Shown here: positions 18,441 through 27,782 of the stretch, piece after piece
Position numbering within the stretch: position 1 is the stretch's first letter
Layout of the letters: every line of letters begins with the position of its first letter
DNA from: a virus
Lineage: Duplodnaviria > Caudoviricetes
Virus record (IMG/VR): IMGVR_UViG_3300037484_001144
Location: 1 to 61,500 of that record
DNA: 61,500 bases
Direction: 5' to 3' (one strand)
The notes under the pieces: generated by a model
The model's database searches: none
What the model saw: only the letters and a program-made list of their open reading frames with translations
Told to the model about the DNA's origin: nothing
Made by a program: the position numbers and the translations under genes

Positions 18441-18530
18441 TCACTGACAAACATGAAGCAGTAGCCTTCCATCTGTGTAGCACTCTCGCTTCTCGTAATC
18501 GTCATCATTTGTGCACTGTGTTTTATACAT
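18441..18530 (-). CDS. Small ORF (29 aa) between the ribozymes
   Basis: CTCACGAAAGGA RBS; MYKTQCTNDD... Confidence 0.45.
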   Translation of the reverse strand: MYKTQCTNDDDYEKRECYTDGRLLLHVCQ

Positions 18531-18549
18531 GCTAATATCCTTTCGTGAG

Positions 18550-18618
18550 ATAGTGGGCAGGGCTTAGAACCTGCCAGCACATTACAACCCCTTGCAGGGT
18601 TGTCTTCTGTGGCACTAT
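18550..18618 (-). ncRNA. Twister ribozyme, type P5 (copy 2)
   Basis: ATAGTG-CC-ACA-GAAGA-CAACCCT-GCAA-GGGGTTG-TAA-TGT-GCT-GGCAGG-TTCTAAGC-CCTGCC-CACTAT; T1 TCT/AGA covaries with copy 1. Confidence 0.85.
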
Positions 18619-18692
18619 AGGAACATGGTAACAGTGGTATAGAAAGCATAAGCAACGAGAACCAGAAAGCCGATAGTAATTATCTTTTCCAT
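18615..18692 (-). CDS. Small hydrophobic peptide (25 aa)
   Basis: MEKIITIGFLVLVAYAFYTTVTMFL; AAAGGA RBS; stop overlaps the ribozyme P5 stem. Confidence 0.5.
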   Translation of the reverse strand: MEKIITIGFLVLVAYAFYTTVTMFL

Positions 18693-18867
18693 GATATTTA
18701 TTCCTTTCATTTCGTGAGAATGAGAGACTCGCCGTCTCCATCGTGCCTGCTATGATTCCATAGTAGACACTAGCAGGGGCGAATATTGCGTTATTTCTTG
18801 GTGCTATCTCCACCGCCGTAGTCTGGTTCATAGGATGTAAGAGCGTTCATGTTGTTTGTTGTTTGCC

Positions 18868-19029
18868 TTATTTCATGGTGCTGATGAGTTCAACGATTAC
18901 ATACCAAGCCAGTCTCAAATCACCAGAGTGATAAGAGGCATCTTTTGTGTACAAGCCGCTCATTTTTGAACTGTAGTCAAAGACCCGATAAAAGCCATTC
19001 TGAAGTAATTCGATCCGTAGATTTTTCAT
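18868..19029 (-). CDS. Small protein (53 aa)
   Basis: MKNLRIELLQNGFYRVFDY...; CTCACGAAAGG RBS. Confidence 0.55.
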   Translation of the reverse strand: MKNLRIELLQNGFYRVFDYSSKMSGLYTKDASYHSGDLRLAWYVIVELISTMK

Positions 19030-19749
19030 TTCGTTTTACCTTTCGTGAGTGTTTGTAGAATTCTGTCGGCCGTGGATATCCAGCTAAATATCCATTAGCA
19101 ACCCTGCCTTGGTAGGCTATAGCTGATGGGCTCAGCCGACAGTATGCTATAAACTTTCAAAAAACCGGTCACTTGTTAGCTGGTGTATTGGATACCCGGG
19201 GTCTTTTGCTGCCCGCCCTTGCCGTATTTCCGTTACACTCGGTCAGGTTATTTAGGTGACTGGTTGCTATTTAGTTTGTAAGGTACTGTCTAACTGTCTA
19301 TAGTTTACTCCCATTGTACAACCATACATAGTGACAAATGTCATATATTCAACGTGCCGAAAGTCATAATACAAATGTTCTAATAATGGGTGGCTGGATC
19401 ACTGCCAGGCAGTAGTGTACCGATACTCTACACCGCCTTTCTTATTTCAGAAAAAATTTTTTGTAGAAAATTTTCTAATGGCTGATAATGCCCAGTGTGT
19501 GGCCACTATGCCACATATACGCATGATATTAGACTATATATTTACATTAGTAGCTATAACGTACATTGTCACTACTAATATATAGCCTATAAATAGAAAA
19601 TTTATTCTAAGAAAATTTGTTCTAAAAACGAATTTTTCTCTTGTTTTCTCTGTGATATATGCACACCCTGAGTCGCGCAATTTCCGGTTTTTCGATCCCC
19701 TCTATTCCTCCCCATGGATAATAACATTCGCCTCTCCCCTTCTGAAACC

Positions 19750-19778
19750 TTGACAGCCCGACTCTAAGGTTGTACAAT
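19750..19778 (+). promoter_or_regulatory. Sigma70 promoter for the methyltransferase operon
   Basis: TTGACA-17-TACAAT; the -10 overlaps GGTTGTACAA. Confidence 0.75.
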
Positions 19779-19805
19779 CTTGCTTATCTCTTTGGCTAGG
19801 AGCGA

Positions 19806-21182
19806 ATGTTGAAAACTTCAGGATCATTCTTTACAGGCGGAGCTCTATTTGATGTCGGCGCAGAGGTTGCTGGCTATAATACTATCTGGGGAATAGAAAA
19901 AGACGACAAGATCGCAAGTGTGGCAAGGTTGAATGGTTTCCCTGTCAGGACCGCAGATGTTCTGACCCTTGACCTGACTACACTGGAACGCCCCGATCAC
20001 TTTCATGCTTCTCCTCCGTGCCCCAACTTCTCGGTAGCAAATAACAAGAAAGGTGAAACAGAGCTGGATATTGCTATGGCGGATGCGGTCTGCCGCGCTC
20101 TGGCGTATTTCTGTTCAGACACCTTCACGTTAGAGAACGTGGTGGGATATCGCAAATCGGAGAGCTTCAAGCGGATCACAAAGAAACTGACAGACCTGGG
20201 GTACTGGTGGGATGCCACGAATTTGAACTCTGCAGACTTCGGCGTTCCCCAGACCCGCAACCGTTTATGGATCCGTGCCAGTCGCGGTCTCCTGCGTGGA
20301 TATCCACATCCTGAGCCGTGGAAAGGCTGGTACCAGGCAATTGAGGACCTGATCCCATCTCTCCCTGATTCGGAATTTGCACCCTGGCAGCTTGAGAGAC
20401 TGCCGGAGGAATACAGAAACTTTGTGATCGGGAACGGCACCTACTCGTCTGCTGTGGATGCAGACCAGCCCATCCAGGCAATCACGGCAAACAGTAACCA
20501 GGCGCACATCCGAGCCGTAGTCTCGGATGTGCAAGGAGAGAACTCCAAGGGATACAAGGAACCCGAGGAACCGATCTCAACGATCACGGGAAGCCACACT
20601 GCCGGGAAGTATCGTGCGCTCATTGTCGGCGACCAGAAAGGGCAAATGGCACACAGTGAACGCCGGGCGTTCACTGTGAGGGCGCAGGGAAAGGGCGGAA
20701 CATCGCCCAGAGCCTTTGTTGTTCCCGGTGGGAATGCCAGCTCCTTCAGTGTGCGGGAACACAACGAGCAAGCTCGTTGTGTGGAAAGTATCAACCGGAC
20801 GGGAAATAACCCAAGAGCATTTGTCTTTGACAACGGGAATACCAATCGGAACGGAGAATTTCTGCGCGGCGAAGATGAACCTGTCCACACGGTGATAGTC
20901 CGGCAGGATCAAACTCCTCTCCGAGCGTTCGTCCTGGACGGGCAATCCAATGAGGGTGAGAGAATTACGGTTCGCAATGAAGAAGAACCGATTTTCACAC
21001 AGTCGGCAAGCGCGAGCAGGCAGCCTGCTCGCGCTTGCATGGGCGGGCGGGTGGTCAAGCTTGACATCCGCTGTCTGGGTCGCTTTCAGACGGTCCCGGA
21101 CTGGTACAAGGGCCTGACTGTGAAGATCAATGGGAATGGCGTGCCGTGCCTGATGGCACAGAAGGTACTAGAGACATTATGA
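19806..21182 (+). CDS. DNA (cytosine-5)-methyltransferase with repeated variable region
   Basis: FTGG (I), SPPC (IV), ENV (VI), QTRNR (VIII), RFQ..PD and GNGV (IX/X); about 7 RAFV-bounded repeats. Confidence 0.9.
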   Translation: MLKTSGSFFTGGALFDVGAEVAGYNTIWGIEKDDKIASVARLNGFPVRTADVLTLDLTTLERPDHFHASPPCPNFSVANNKKGETELDIAMADAVCRALAYFCSDTFTLENVVGYRKSESFKRITKKLTDLGYWWDATNLNSADFGVPQTRNRLWIRASRGLLRGYPHPEPWKGWYQAIEDLIPSLPDSEFAPWQLERLPEEYRNFVIGNGTYSSAVDADQPIQAITANSNQAHIRAVVSDVQGENSKGYKEPEEPISTITGSHTAGKYRALIVGDQKGQMAHSERRAFTVRAQGKGGTSPRAFVVPGGNASSFSVREHNEQARCVESINRTGNNPRAFVFDNGNTNRNGEFLRGEDEPVHTVIVRQDQTPLRAFVLDGQSNEGERITVRNEEEPIFTQSASASRQPARACMGGRVVKLDIRCLGRFQTVPDWYKGLTVKINGNGVPCLMAQKVLETL

Positions 21183-23254
21183 AACACGCAATCGATCAAT
21201 GGGAAGGTTGTTATCCTTCGAACTGGAAGGGGCTCATCATCCAGGAAGCAATGGCACATCCGGCGAAATTCTCGAACAAACTGATCCGGCGTATCTATGA
21301 ACACCTGCAGGAAGAAGGCTGGGTAAAGCCTGGTGATCGTGTGATCGATCCTTTCGGCGGCGTTGCTCTGGGTGCCCTAGACGCCATGCGGCTGGGATTG
21401 AACTGGTACGGGATGGAATTGGAAGCAAAGTTCCACGAACTGGGATCGGCGCAATATCTCTGTAATGGTATCCAGCCTGACGAATGGAAGCGATGGTATT
21501 CTCGTCCCAAGATGCTTGCCTTCTTCCGTGAGCATCGCCTGCTCTGCCCGCCCTGTGAAGCTGCCTGGAACGACATCTCCAATCGCAAGATACCGTCCAG
21601 GGACGCCCATACCTTTCGGGGGAACATCCCGCTCTGGGAGAATAAGTTCAGGGATATGCCCAACTTCGGCACTGCCCATCTTCTGTATGGGGATAGTCGG
21701 CACCTTTTGGAATTGCTGAACGATTACGTGCAGGTATCTGTGTCTTCGCCTCCCTATGCTGATGGGTGCTCACACACTGGCGGGGACGATCCGCATCCTG
21801 AAAAAGCTCGCGGTGGACAACTTTACGGAGTTGGAATTGCGCTTGGGGTTTCCTCTCCTCCCTATGCCGAAACGGATCTCAACTACAAACGGAACGGGTT
21901 GGATTATCACCGGCCATACATGGATGGGCAGAGCGGAGTCGACAACTATGGAGCCACTCCTGGTCAACTGGGAGCACTAAAAGCGAAAGGTTTTGAGGCT
22001 GCAATCTCCTCACCTCCATTCCTGCAATCGGAAGGCGGAACACCGGAACTGAAACCGGGCGGATCGATCGACGCGGCTCTGTACAAGCGCCACGCTGCCG
22101 GCAATAAGTCTGCCGATGGGTATGGCTCCAGTGATGGGCAGTTGTCGTCCATGAAGGATGGGTCATTCGAAGCGGCTGTGAGCAGTCCGCCCTACAACCC
22201 GCCGATGAGTCAGGACCACAACGGCAAGCGCGGTGGGAAACGCGGTACGACTCCCAGTGAACCGGGCGCGTTTGTGAAGTATGGTAACTCCGATGGACAA
22301 TTGGAAGGCATGGACATGGATGGGTTCATGGCGGCGATTTCATCGCCGCCATACTCCGCCATGCAGGTCGAGAAGAATTCCACCAGCATTGACCGCACCA
22401 AGCAGTATGAGATCTACCGAAAATCGGGTGGCGGTCAGTCATTCGAGCAGTTCTGCCGCACCCAGGAATTGCACTCCCAGGGGTACGGTCATTCAGATGG
22501 ACAACTCTCAGACCTTCCTGCAGGTGACTTCAACGCCGCAGTCTCTTCCCCTCCGTTTCAGAAAGGCAGTGAAGGAGTCTTGCGCGCCGATAAGTTCAAA
22601 GAGCCGGAAGCCTTTGCGCGCGTGCAGATGCTCACAGGACACGGTGCCAGTTTTGAAGCCAAAATGCGTGCCATGAAGAAGGATAACGAGAGAGCGGAGT
22701 ATGGACAAACAGAGGGTCAACTCGGGAACATGACTGGCGACTTCGATGTCTCCGTTTCCTCTCCCCCGTATGAGGATAGTGATCAGAATTATAAAGCTGG
22801 TTGGGAAAGGTTCCATAAAACCCGAGAACCACTTCATGCGAACGACATTCAGAGAGAAGCCGAGTATGGATCATCTCAGGGGCAACTTTCAGTTAGTGAC
22901 GACTTCTGGCTGGCGGCCCGCGCAATCGTCGAGCAGGTCTATCTTGCGCTTGCGCCGGGAGGTCATGCAGTTTGGGTGGTCAAAGATTATGTGAAAGCAA
23001 AGAAAATCGTCCCGTTCTGTGATCAGTGGAGGCAACTCTGCGAAGCCGTGGGGTTTGTCACCCTGCACGAACACCACGCCATGCTGGTCCATCATAAAGG
23101 CACCCAGCACACCCTCGATGGCGGCACAGTGGAGAAGAAGACTGAGAGCAAGTCTTTCTTCCGGCGCCTGGCAGAGAAGAACGGAAGCCCCCGAATCGAC
23201 TGGGAGACTGTTTATTGTATGGAGAAACCATGTACGACGATTACGAACCCTTGA
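21179..23254 (+). CDS. Amino (N4-C/N6-A type) DNA methyltransferase-like protein with seven SPPY/F modules
   Basis: HPAKF, DPFGG, GMELE, GDSR, then 7 x SSPP(Y/F)...(YG)...GQL; LAPGG..VWVVKD. Confidence 0.8.
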   Translation: MKHAIDQWEGCYPSNWKGLIIQEAMAHPAKFSNKLIRRIYEHLQEEGWVKPGDRVIDPFGGVALGALDAMRLGLNWYGMELEAKFHELGSAQYLCNGIQPDEWKRWYSRPKMLAFFREHRLLCPPCEAAWNDISNRKIPSRDAHTFRGNIPLWENKFRDMPNFGTAHLLYGDSRHLLELLNDYVQVSVSSPPYADGCSHTGGDDPHPEKARGGQLYGVGIALGVSSPPYAETDLNYKRNGLDYHRPYMDGQSGVDNYGATPGQLGALKAKGFEAAISSPPFLQSEGGTPELKPGGSIDAALYKRHAAGNKSADGYGSSDGQLSSMKDGSFEAAVSSPPYNPPMSQDHNGKRGGKRGTTPSEPGAFVKYGNSDGQLEGMDMDGFMAAISSPPYSAMQVEKNSTSIDRTKQYEIYRKSGGGQSFEQFCRTQELHSQGYGHSDGQLSDLPAGDFNAAVSSPPFQKGSEGVLRADKFKEPEAFARVQMLTGHGASFEAKMRAMKKDNERAEYGQTEGQLGNMTGDFDVSVSSPPYEDSDQNYKAGWERFHKTREPLHANDIQREAEYGSSQGQLSVSDDFWLAARAIVEQVYLALAPGGHAVWVVKDYVKAKKIVPFCDQWRQLCEAVGFVTLHEHHAMLVHHKGTQHTLDGGTVEKKTESKSFFRRLAEKNGSPRIDWETVYCMEKPCTTITNP

Positions 23255-23373
23255 AACCACCCGGCCTTTTGGAGAAGATCACGATATTCCTGATGGTGAT
23301 CGTCTCTGCCATATTCTGGAGACGCAAGCCAGGGAAGTAACATTTGTCATGTATAATTAGGGCGGAGGCACGC

Positions 23374-23889
23374 ATGAAAGAGTACCTGGCTAGGGTCGCG
23401 GAAGCAGTCCTGCATTTGGACGTGGGGGAACTGGATAACGCTGTGAAGATTCTCGAGGAAGTACGCGCAAGCGGAAATATGGTCTGGATCGTGGGTAACG
23501 GCGGGTCGGCGGCCACTGCCGAGCACTTCGCCAACGACCTGACCAAAATGGCGCACGTGCGGGCGCTCGCCGTGCACGCCATGACCCCAACCGTCCTGGC
23601 GTATGGGAATGATGAAGGCTGGGAAACGTCCTACTTGAGCATCCTGAACGTCATGCGTAAGCCAGGGGATGCGCTGGTAGCGATCTCCTGTTCCGGGAAA
23701 TCTCCCAACGTGATATTCCCGGCTATGAAATTCCACCACGACCGCTTGATCGTCCTGACGGGGAATGACTTCGAAAGCCAGCTTGCCGGCATGGATGCCG
23801 ACGCCAAGATATTCGTGATCGACGAGGATATCCGGGTGCAGGAGGATGCGCACCTGGCGGTCTGTCACGCCATTGCAGGAGCGTTGTGA
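23374..23889 (+). CDS. gmhA: Phosphoheptose isomerase (SIS domain)
   Basis: GNGGSAATAEH, GND, ISCSGKSPNV, LTG, QEDAHL..CH. Confidence 0.85.
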   Translation: MKEYLARVAEAVLHLDVGELDNAVKILEEVRASGNMVWIVGNGGSAATAEHFANDLTKMAHVRALAVHAMTPTVLAYGNDEGWETSYLSILNVMRKPGDALVAISCSGKSPNVIFPAMKFHHDRLIVLTGNDFESQLAGMDADAKIFVIDEDIRVQEDAHLAVCHAIAGAL

Positions 23890-23983
23890 TGAAAAAGAGT
23901 AAGAAATGGAAGGGCAGTCAATGGAAAGCCCATCGGAGTCAGAACTACCGAAGAATTCGTCCCTGGTGGCCGCGGAGGAAGCG

Positions 23984-24316
23984 ATGAAAGTCTACATTGC
24001 CTGCCCGTACACCCTGGGGGACGTGGCGATAAACGTCCGGAACGCCCTGTTTGTGCAGGACTTCCTGGAGATCCACGGCTTCATGGTCTACAATCCCCTA
24101 CTGTCTCACTTCCAGCACCTGGTCTTCCCTCACCGGGAGGTGGAATACTGGTACGAGAAGGATATCAAGTGGTTGAAGGAATGTGACTGCGTTCTGCAGC
24201 TTCCAGGGGAAAGCCGGGGAGCTGATCGGGAAGTACAAATTGCTATGGATCTCAATTTGCCTGTCTACCATTCCGCCGAAGAAGTTCTGGAGGTGAACCG
24301 ATGGGAAAGAAGCTGA
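23984..24316 (+). CDS. DUF1937/nucleoside 2-deoxyribosyltransferase-like protein
   Basis: KVYIACPYT...NP...CD....PGESRGADRE. Confidence 0.7.
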   Translation: MKVYIACPYTLGDVAINVRNALFVQDFLEIHGFMVYNPLLSHFQHLVFPHREVEYWYEKDIKWLKECDCVLQLPGESRGADREVQIAMDLNLPVYHSAEEVLEVNRWERS

Positions 24317-24358
24317 TCGTCCTGATGGGGCTCCTGCTGGTGCTGTGTAACTACCTGA

Positions 24359-25183
24359 GTGTCCTGCACTGGTTCTACTTGGGAAAACTTGCCGTTCGAA
24401 GGATCAAAAATTGATGTGGCTGAGCGGTGCGCAGCTCTGCGCTTCAATTGTTCCTCCTGCAGGCGTCATTTCCGGTCTGCCGAGCGCGTCCCAGTCTGCC
24501 CGGGTTGCGGAGCCGACCTCCAATGTGGAAAGTGGGCAGTACCCGGGTACCGCTACTGTGAAGACCACGGCGGTCCGGCGCCCAGCCGGAACTTCTACGG
24601 GAAAGGCAGGGGTATCGTGAGCGGCGAGAATTCCCAGTTTGCCCTGACACGCCTGGCATCCAGGTACGTCGAGATGCAGAAGGATGGGCGCATCCTTTCC
24701 AATCGGGCTGGTATTGCCGTGCTGGATGACCGGATCGTGGAGTTGCTGGAACGAATGGGAAATCAGCAGTTCCCGGACCAGCTTGCCGCCCTGCGGGACC
24801 TGTGGGAAGAATATAAGACTGTGGAGGGTACTGTTGAGCAAATCAAAGTCAAAAGGAAACTCCAGGCGGCATTCGACGCCGTTTATCATGACTACATGGC
24901 TTTCCACCAGATCGAAGAATCTCTGGAACTTAGGAGCAAAATGGTGGAAAGGGAGGCAAAGATCGCGAAAGACCTGCACGCGATCCTGACCGCCGAGGAT
25001 GCTTACAAGCTTGTGGCAAAGGTCCAGGCGGCAATTATCACTTCCATCCAGCAGGAGCCGGAGATCCCGGACCACGTAAAGGCACATTTCTTGAAGAGGA
25101 TCGAATATGAGTTTACTCGAATCATTGGAGAGGGATCTGGTGAAAGGTCTGGGGGAAGCGTCGGAGAAATTATCGACGCCTGA
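24359..25183 (+). CDS. Putative terminase small subunit
   Basis: Cys-rich N-terminus ending CEDHGG, then a helical region; directly upstream of TerL; start uncertain. Confidence 0.5.
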   Translation: MSCTGSTWENLPFEGSKIDVAERCAALRFNCSSCRRHFRSAERVPVCPGCGADLQCGKWAVPGYRYCEDHGGPAPSRNFYGKGRGIVSGENSQFALTRLASRYVEMQKDGRILSNRAGIAVLDDRIVELLERMGNQQFPDQLAALRDLWEEYKTVEGTVEQIKVKRKLQAAFDAVYHDYMAFHQIEESLELRSKMVEREAKIAKDLHAILTAEDAYKLVAKVQAAIITSIQQEPEIPDHVKAHFLKRIEYEFTRIIGEGSGERSGGSVGEIIDA

Positions 25184-27713
25184 CCCGGTAGACTGGATCG
25201 AAAAGAACTTCTATATCCCCGAGACCAAAAACGATCCTATTTTGCGCGGCAGGATTGAGCTGGAACAATACCACCGGGATGTCATCCGGGAAGCTCTTTC
25301 CAAGGACGAGAAGGGGTTTTATAAGTATTCGATCATTATCTGGTCAGACATCAAGAAATCGATCAAATCGACGATCGCCGCAGCGGTCAACTTATTTATC
25401 ATGGAATATACCGAATGGGGCGAACAATATATCGTGGCGAACGATCTCAAACAGGCGGATTCCAGGGTGTCGATGTACCTGCGGAGATGTCTGGAAATCA
25501 ACCCAAAATTCAAGAAGAAATATGGGGTCAAGGGATATCGCACCACCCACCCCGCCAATGGCTCTTATGCCGAAGCCATCCCGATTGACCCCAGCGGGGA
25601 AGCCGGGTCGAATGCGGACATGATTACATTCTGTCTGGACGAGCAAACGGAAGTTTTGACAAAGGACGGCTGGAAGGGTTGGGAAACTCTTTCCATGAAT
25701 GATCTAATTGCCACGCGTTCCCGTGATGGTGTTTTTGAATGGCAGGAACCTGATGGTATATATTGTTCACGCTACACCGGGGAAATGTATAAGATCACAA
25801 ATCGTTCTCTGGACGCCCTGGTCACACCTGACCATAGAATGTATGGAAAGTTCATCGGCGGACGAGGTATTGCCCCGGGCATGAATCGGTGCTGGAAACA
25901 TGAATTTGTTGATAACTTGGAAAGCAGGTTCCTGGTAGCTTCAAGTGCTGCAAAAACCTTGGCTTACTACCCTGTACTGACCAGTTTATGGCCGGATGGC
26001 GACGCTGCTCCTTTTATTATTCCTCCAACATATAGCCAACAGGGAAAGGGAAATAATCTTATTTTCCCTATCAATCAAACTAAAAAAGTTGTCTCTGCGG
26101 AACTCTTTGCCGAATTTATGGGATGGTATTTGTCTGAGGGCTGTGTCATAAAGAAACGCGGTAGGCTGGAAGGGATTTCCATAGGGCAATCGAAGACGAA
26201 AAACCCGGAGAACTACAATCGTATTATTGAGCTTTTGAAGGAAATGGATCTCTCGCCGCGAACCTGGAGTGACGGGATGAGCGTTATCGTATATCACTCC
26301 AAACTGGCCGAGATGTTGTTGAAATACGGCCTTTCTGGTGATAAGTATGTTCCGACGGAAATCAAGGAGTTACCGCTTCATTACTTGATGATTTTTTTGA
26401 ATGCCTATATCAAGGGAGATGGTCATCGGAATGGAAAATATGGATGGACGATCGGATCAAAGTCGAGAGAAATGAGAGATGATCTGGTCGAGATTGCGCA
26501 GAAATGTGGTTTCTCGGTTTCATCCTACGAAACTCAGGATTTCCGGTGGATCGGCAACCCTAAGATGTACTGTTTATATCTTCGGTCAAAAGATTCATTC
26601 AAGCGTTGCAAGGTGGAAAGAAAGCAATGGAGCACGGTTTCCTATGACGGAGTAGTGTTCTGCCCCTCTACACCTAATGGAATCATCTATGTTAGGCGAA
26701 ATGGGACTTATTATTGGACTGGCAACTCGGAACTGTGGGGAGCGAACCAGCAGGCCCAGCAAAGGATGTGGGGAGAAATGACCCTCTCCCCCACTAAGGC
26801 AGGAAAAAGTTTCCGCTGGGTAGAAAGTTACGCGGGGTACACAGAAGAAAGCCTCTTACTATATTCACTATACGCACTGGGTACTCAGCAGGGAAAATTG
26901 CTCTGGCCAGACAAACTTTACCCCGTGACGGGTGGAGCGCCAACCCCTTTAGAGTTGTACGTCAACGAAGAAGCGAAGATGTTGTGTTTGTGGAATACGC
27001 AACCAAGATGTAAATGGCAGACCCCCGAGTATTATCGGTCTGAAGAGAAGATTCTGCTTCCCAGTGACTTCCGCAGGATGCACCGCAACCAGTGGGTTTC
27101 CTCCACGGAGACATTCCTTCCGATGGAATGGTTTGACGCGTGCAGACGGTCTAACGAGTCCTGGCCAGAGGTTGATAAAAAACATAACTCATTTATTATA
27201 GCACTGGATGCGGCCACTACGAATGATAACTTCGGTTTGTTCCTGGGATGCAGACATCCCAAGTGTCCAAATGACGTTCTGACGATCCTGGCGCAGAAGT
27301 GGGTACCTGTCAATGGGAAGATCGACTTCCAGGGCACGGAAGAGAAACCTGGTCCAGAACTGGTGTTGAGAAGACTTGTCAAGGAGTATAACGTGATTGA
27401 GGTGGCTTATGATCCCACCCAGCTCTACGATATGTGTAATCGGCTGTACAAGGAAGGTCTGGCGTGGTTCCGACCGTTCAATCAGGGACAAGCTCGTCTA
27501 ATCGCAGACAGCCAACTGCGAGACCTGGTGCGAGAGAAACACTTCTGGCACCGCGGCGAGTCTGATCTGCGGGAGCATTTCAATAATGCCAACGCCCAGA
27601 TCGACTCCGAGGAACACAAGATCAGGATTGTGAAGCGTGTGGAAAATCTAAAGATTGATCTGTGTGTGGCGGCGTCCATGTGTTGCCACGAATTGCTGAG
27701 ATTGAACCTGTAA
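25107..27713 (+). CDS. Terminase large subunit, intein-containing
   Basis: Deviant Walker A (IKKSIKST); ITF|SELWG Walker B split by an intein; nuclease ALDAA...D, YDP and KIDL motifs. Confidence 0.85.
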   Translation: MSLLESLERDLVKGLGEASEKLSTPDPVDWIEKNFYIPETKNDPILRGRIELEQYHRDVIREALSKDEKGFYKYSIIIWSDIKKSIKSTIAAAVNLFIMEYTEWGEQYIVANDLKQADSRVSMYLRRCLEINPKFKKKYGVKGYRTTHPANGSYAEAIPIDPSGEAGSNADMITFCLDEQTEVLTKDGWKGWETLSMNDLIATRSRDGVFEWQEPDGIYCSRYTGEMYKITNRSLDALVTPDHRMYGKFIGGRGIAPGMNRCWKHEFVDNLESRFLVASSAAKTLAYYPVLTSLWPDGDAAPFIIPPTYSQQGKGNNLIFPINQTKKVVSAELFAEFMGWYLSEGCVIKKRGRLEGISIGQSKTKNPENYNRIIELLKEMDLSPRTWSDGMSVIVYHSKLAEMLLKYGLSGDKYVPTEIKELPLHYLMIFLNAYIKGDGHRNGKYGWTIGSKSREMRDDLVEIAQKCGFSVSSYETQDFRWIGNPKMYCLYLRSKDSFKRCKVERKQWSTVSYDGVVFCPSTPNGIIYVRRNGTYYWTGNSELWGANQQAQQRMWGEMTLSPTKAGKSFRWVESYAGYTEESLLLYSLYALGTQQGKLLWPDKLYPVTGGAPTPLELYVNEEAKMLCLWNTQPRCKWQTPEYYRSEEKILLPSDFRRMHRNQWVSSTETFLPMEWFDACRRSNESWPEVDKKHNSFIIALDAATTNDNFGLFLGCRHPKCPNDVLTILAQKWVPVNGKIDFQGTEEKPGPELVLRRLVKEYNVIEVAYDPTQLYDMCNRLYKEGLAWFRPFNQGQARLIADSQLRDLVREKHFWHRGESDLREHFNNANAQIDSEEHKIRIVKRVENLKIDLCVAASMCCHELLRLNL
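25632..26726 (+). mobile_element. Intein with LAGLIDADG homing endonuclease (365 aa) in TerL
   Basis: CLDEQTEVLT, VTPDH, FMGWYLSEG, FLNAYIKGDG, WTGN|S. Confidence 0.92.
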
Positions 27714-27782
27714 AGTGATAAAATAAGGGCAGGTAGCTCTCCGCCTCCAGTCCTATTCTTTTTCTTCCATAAGGAGACTACC

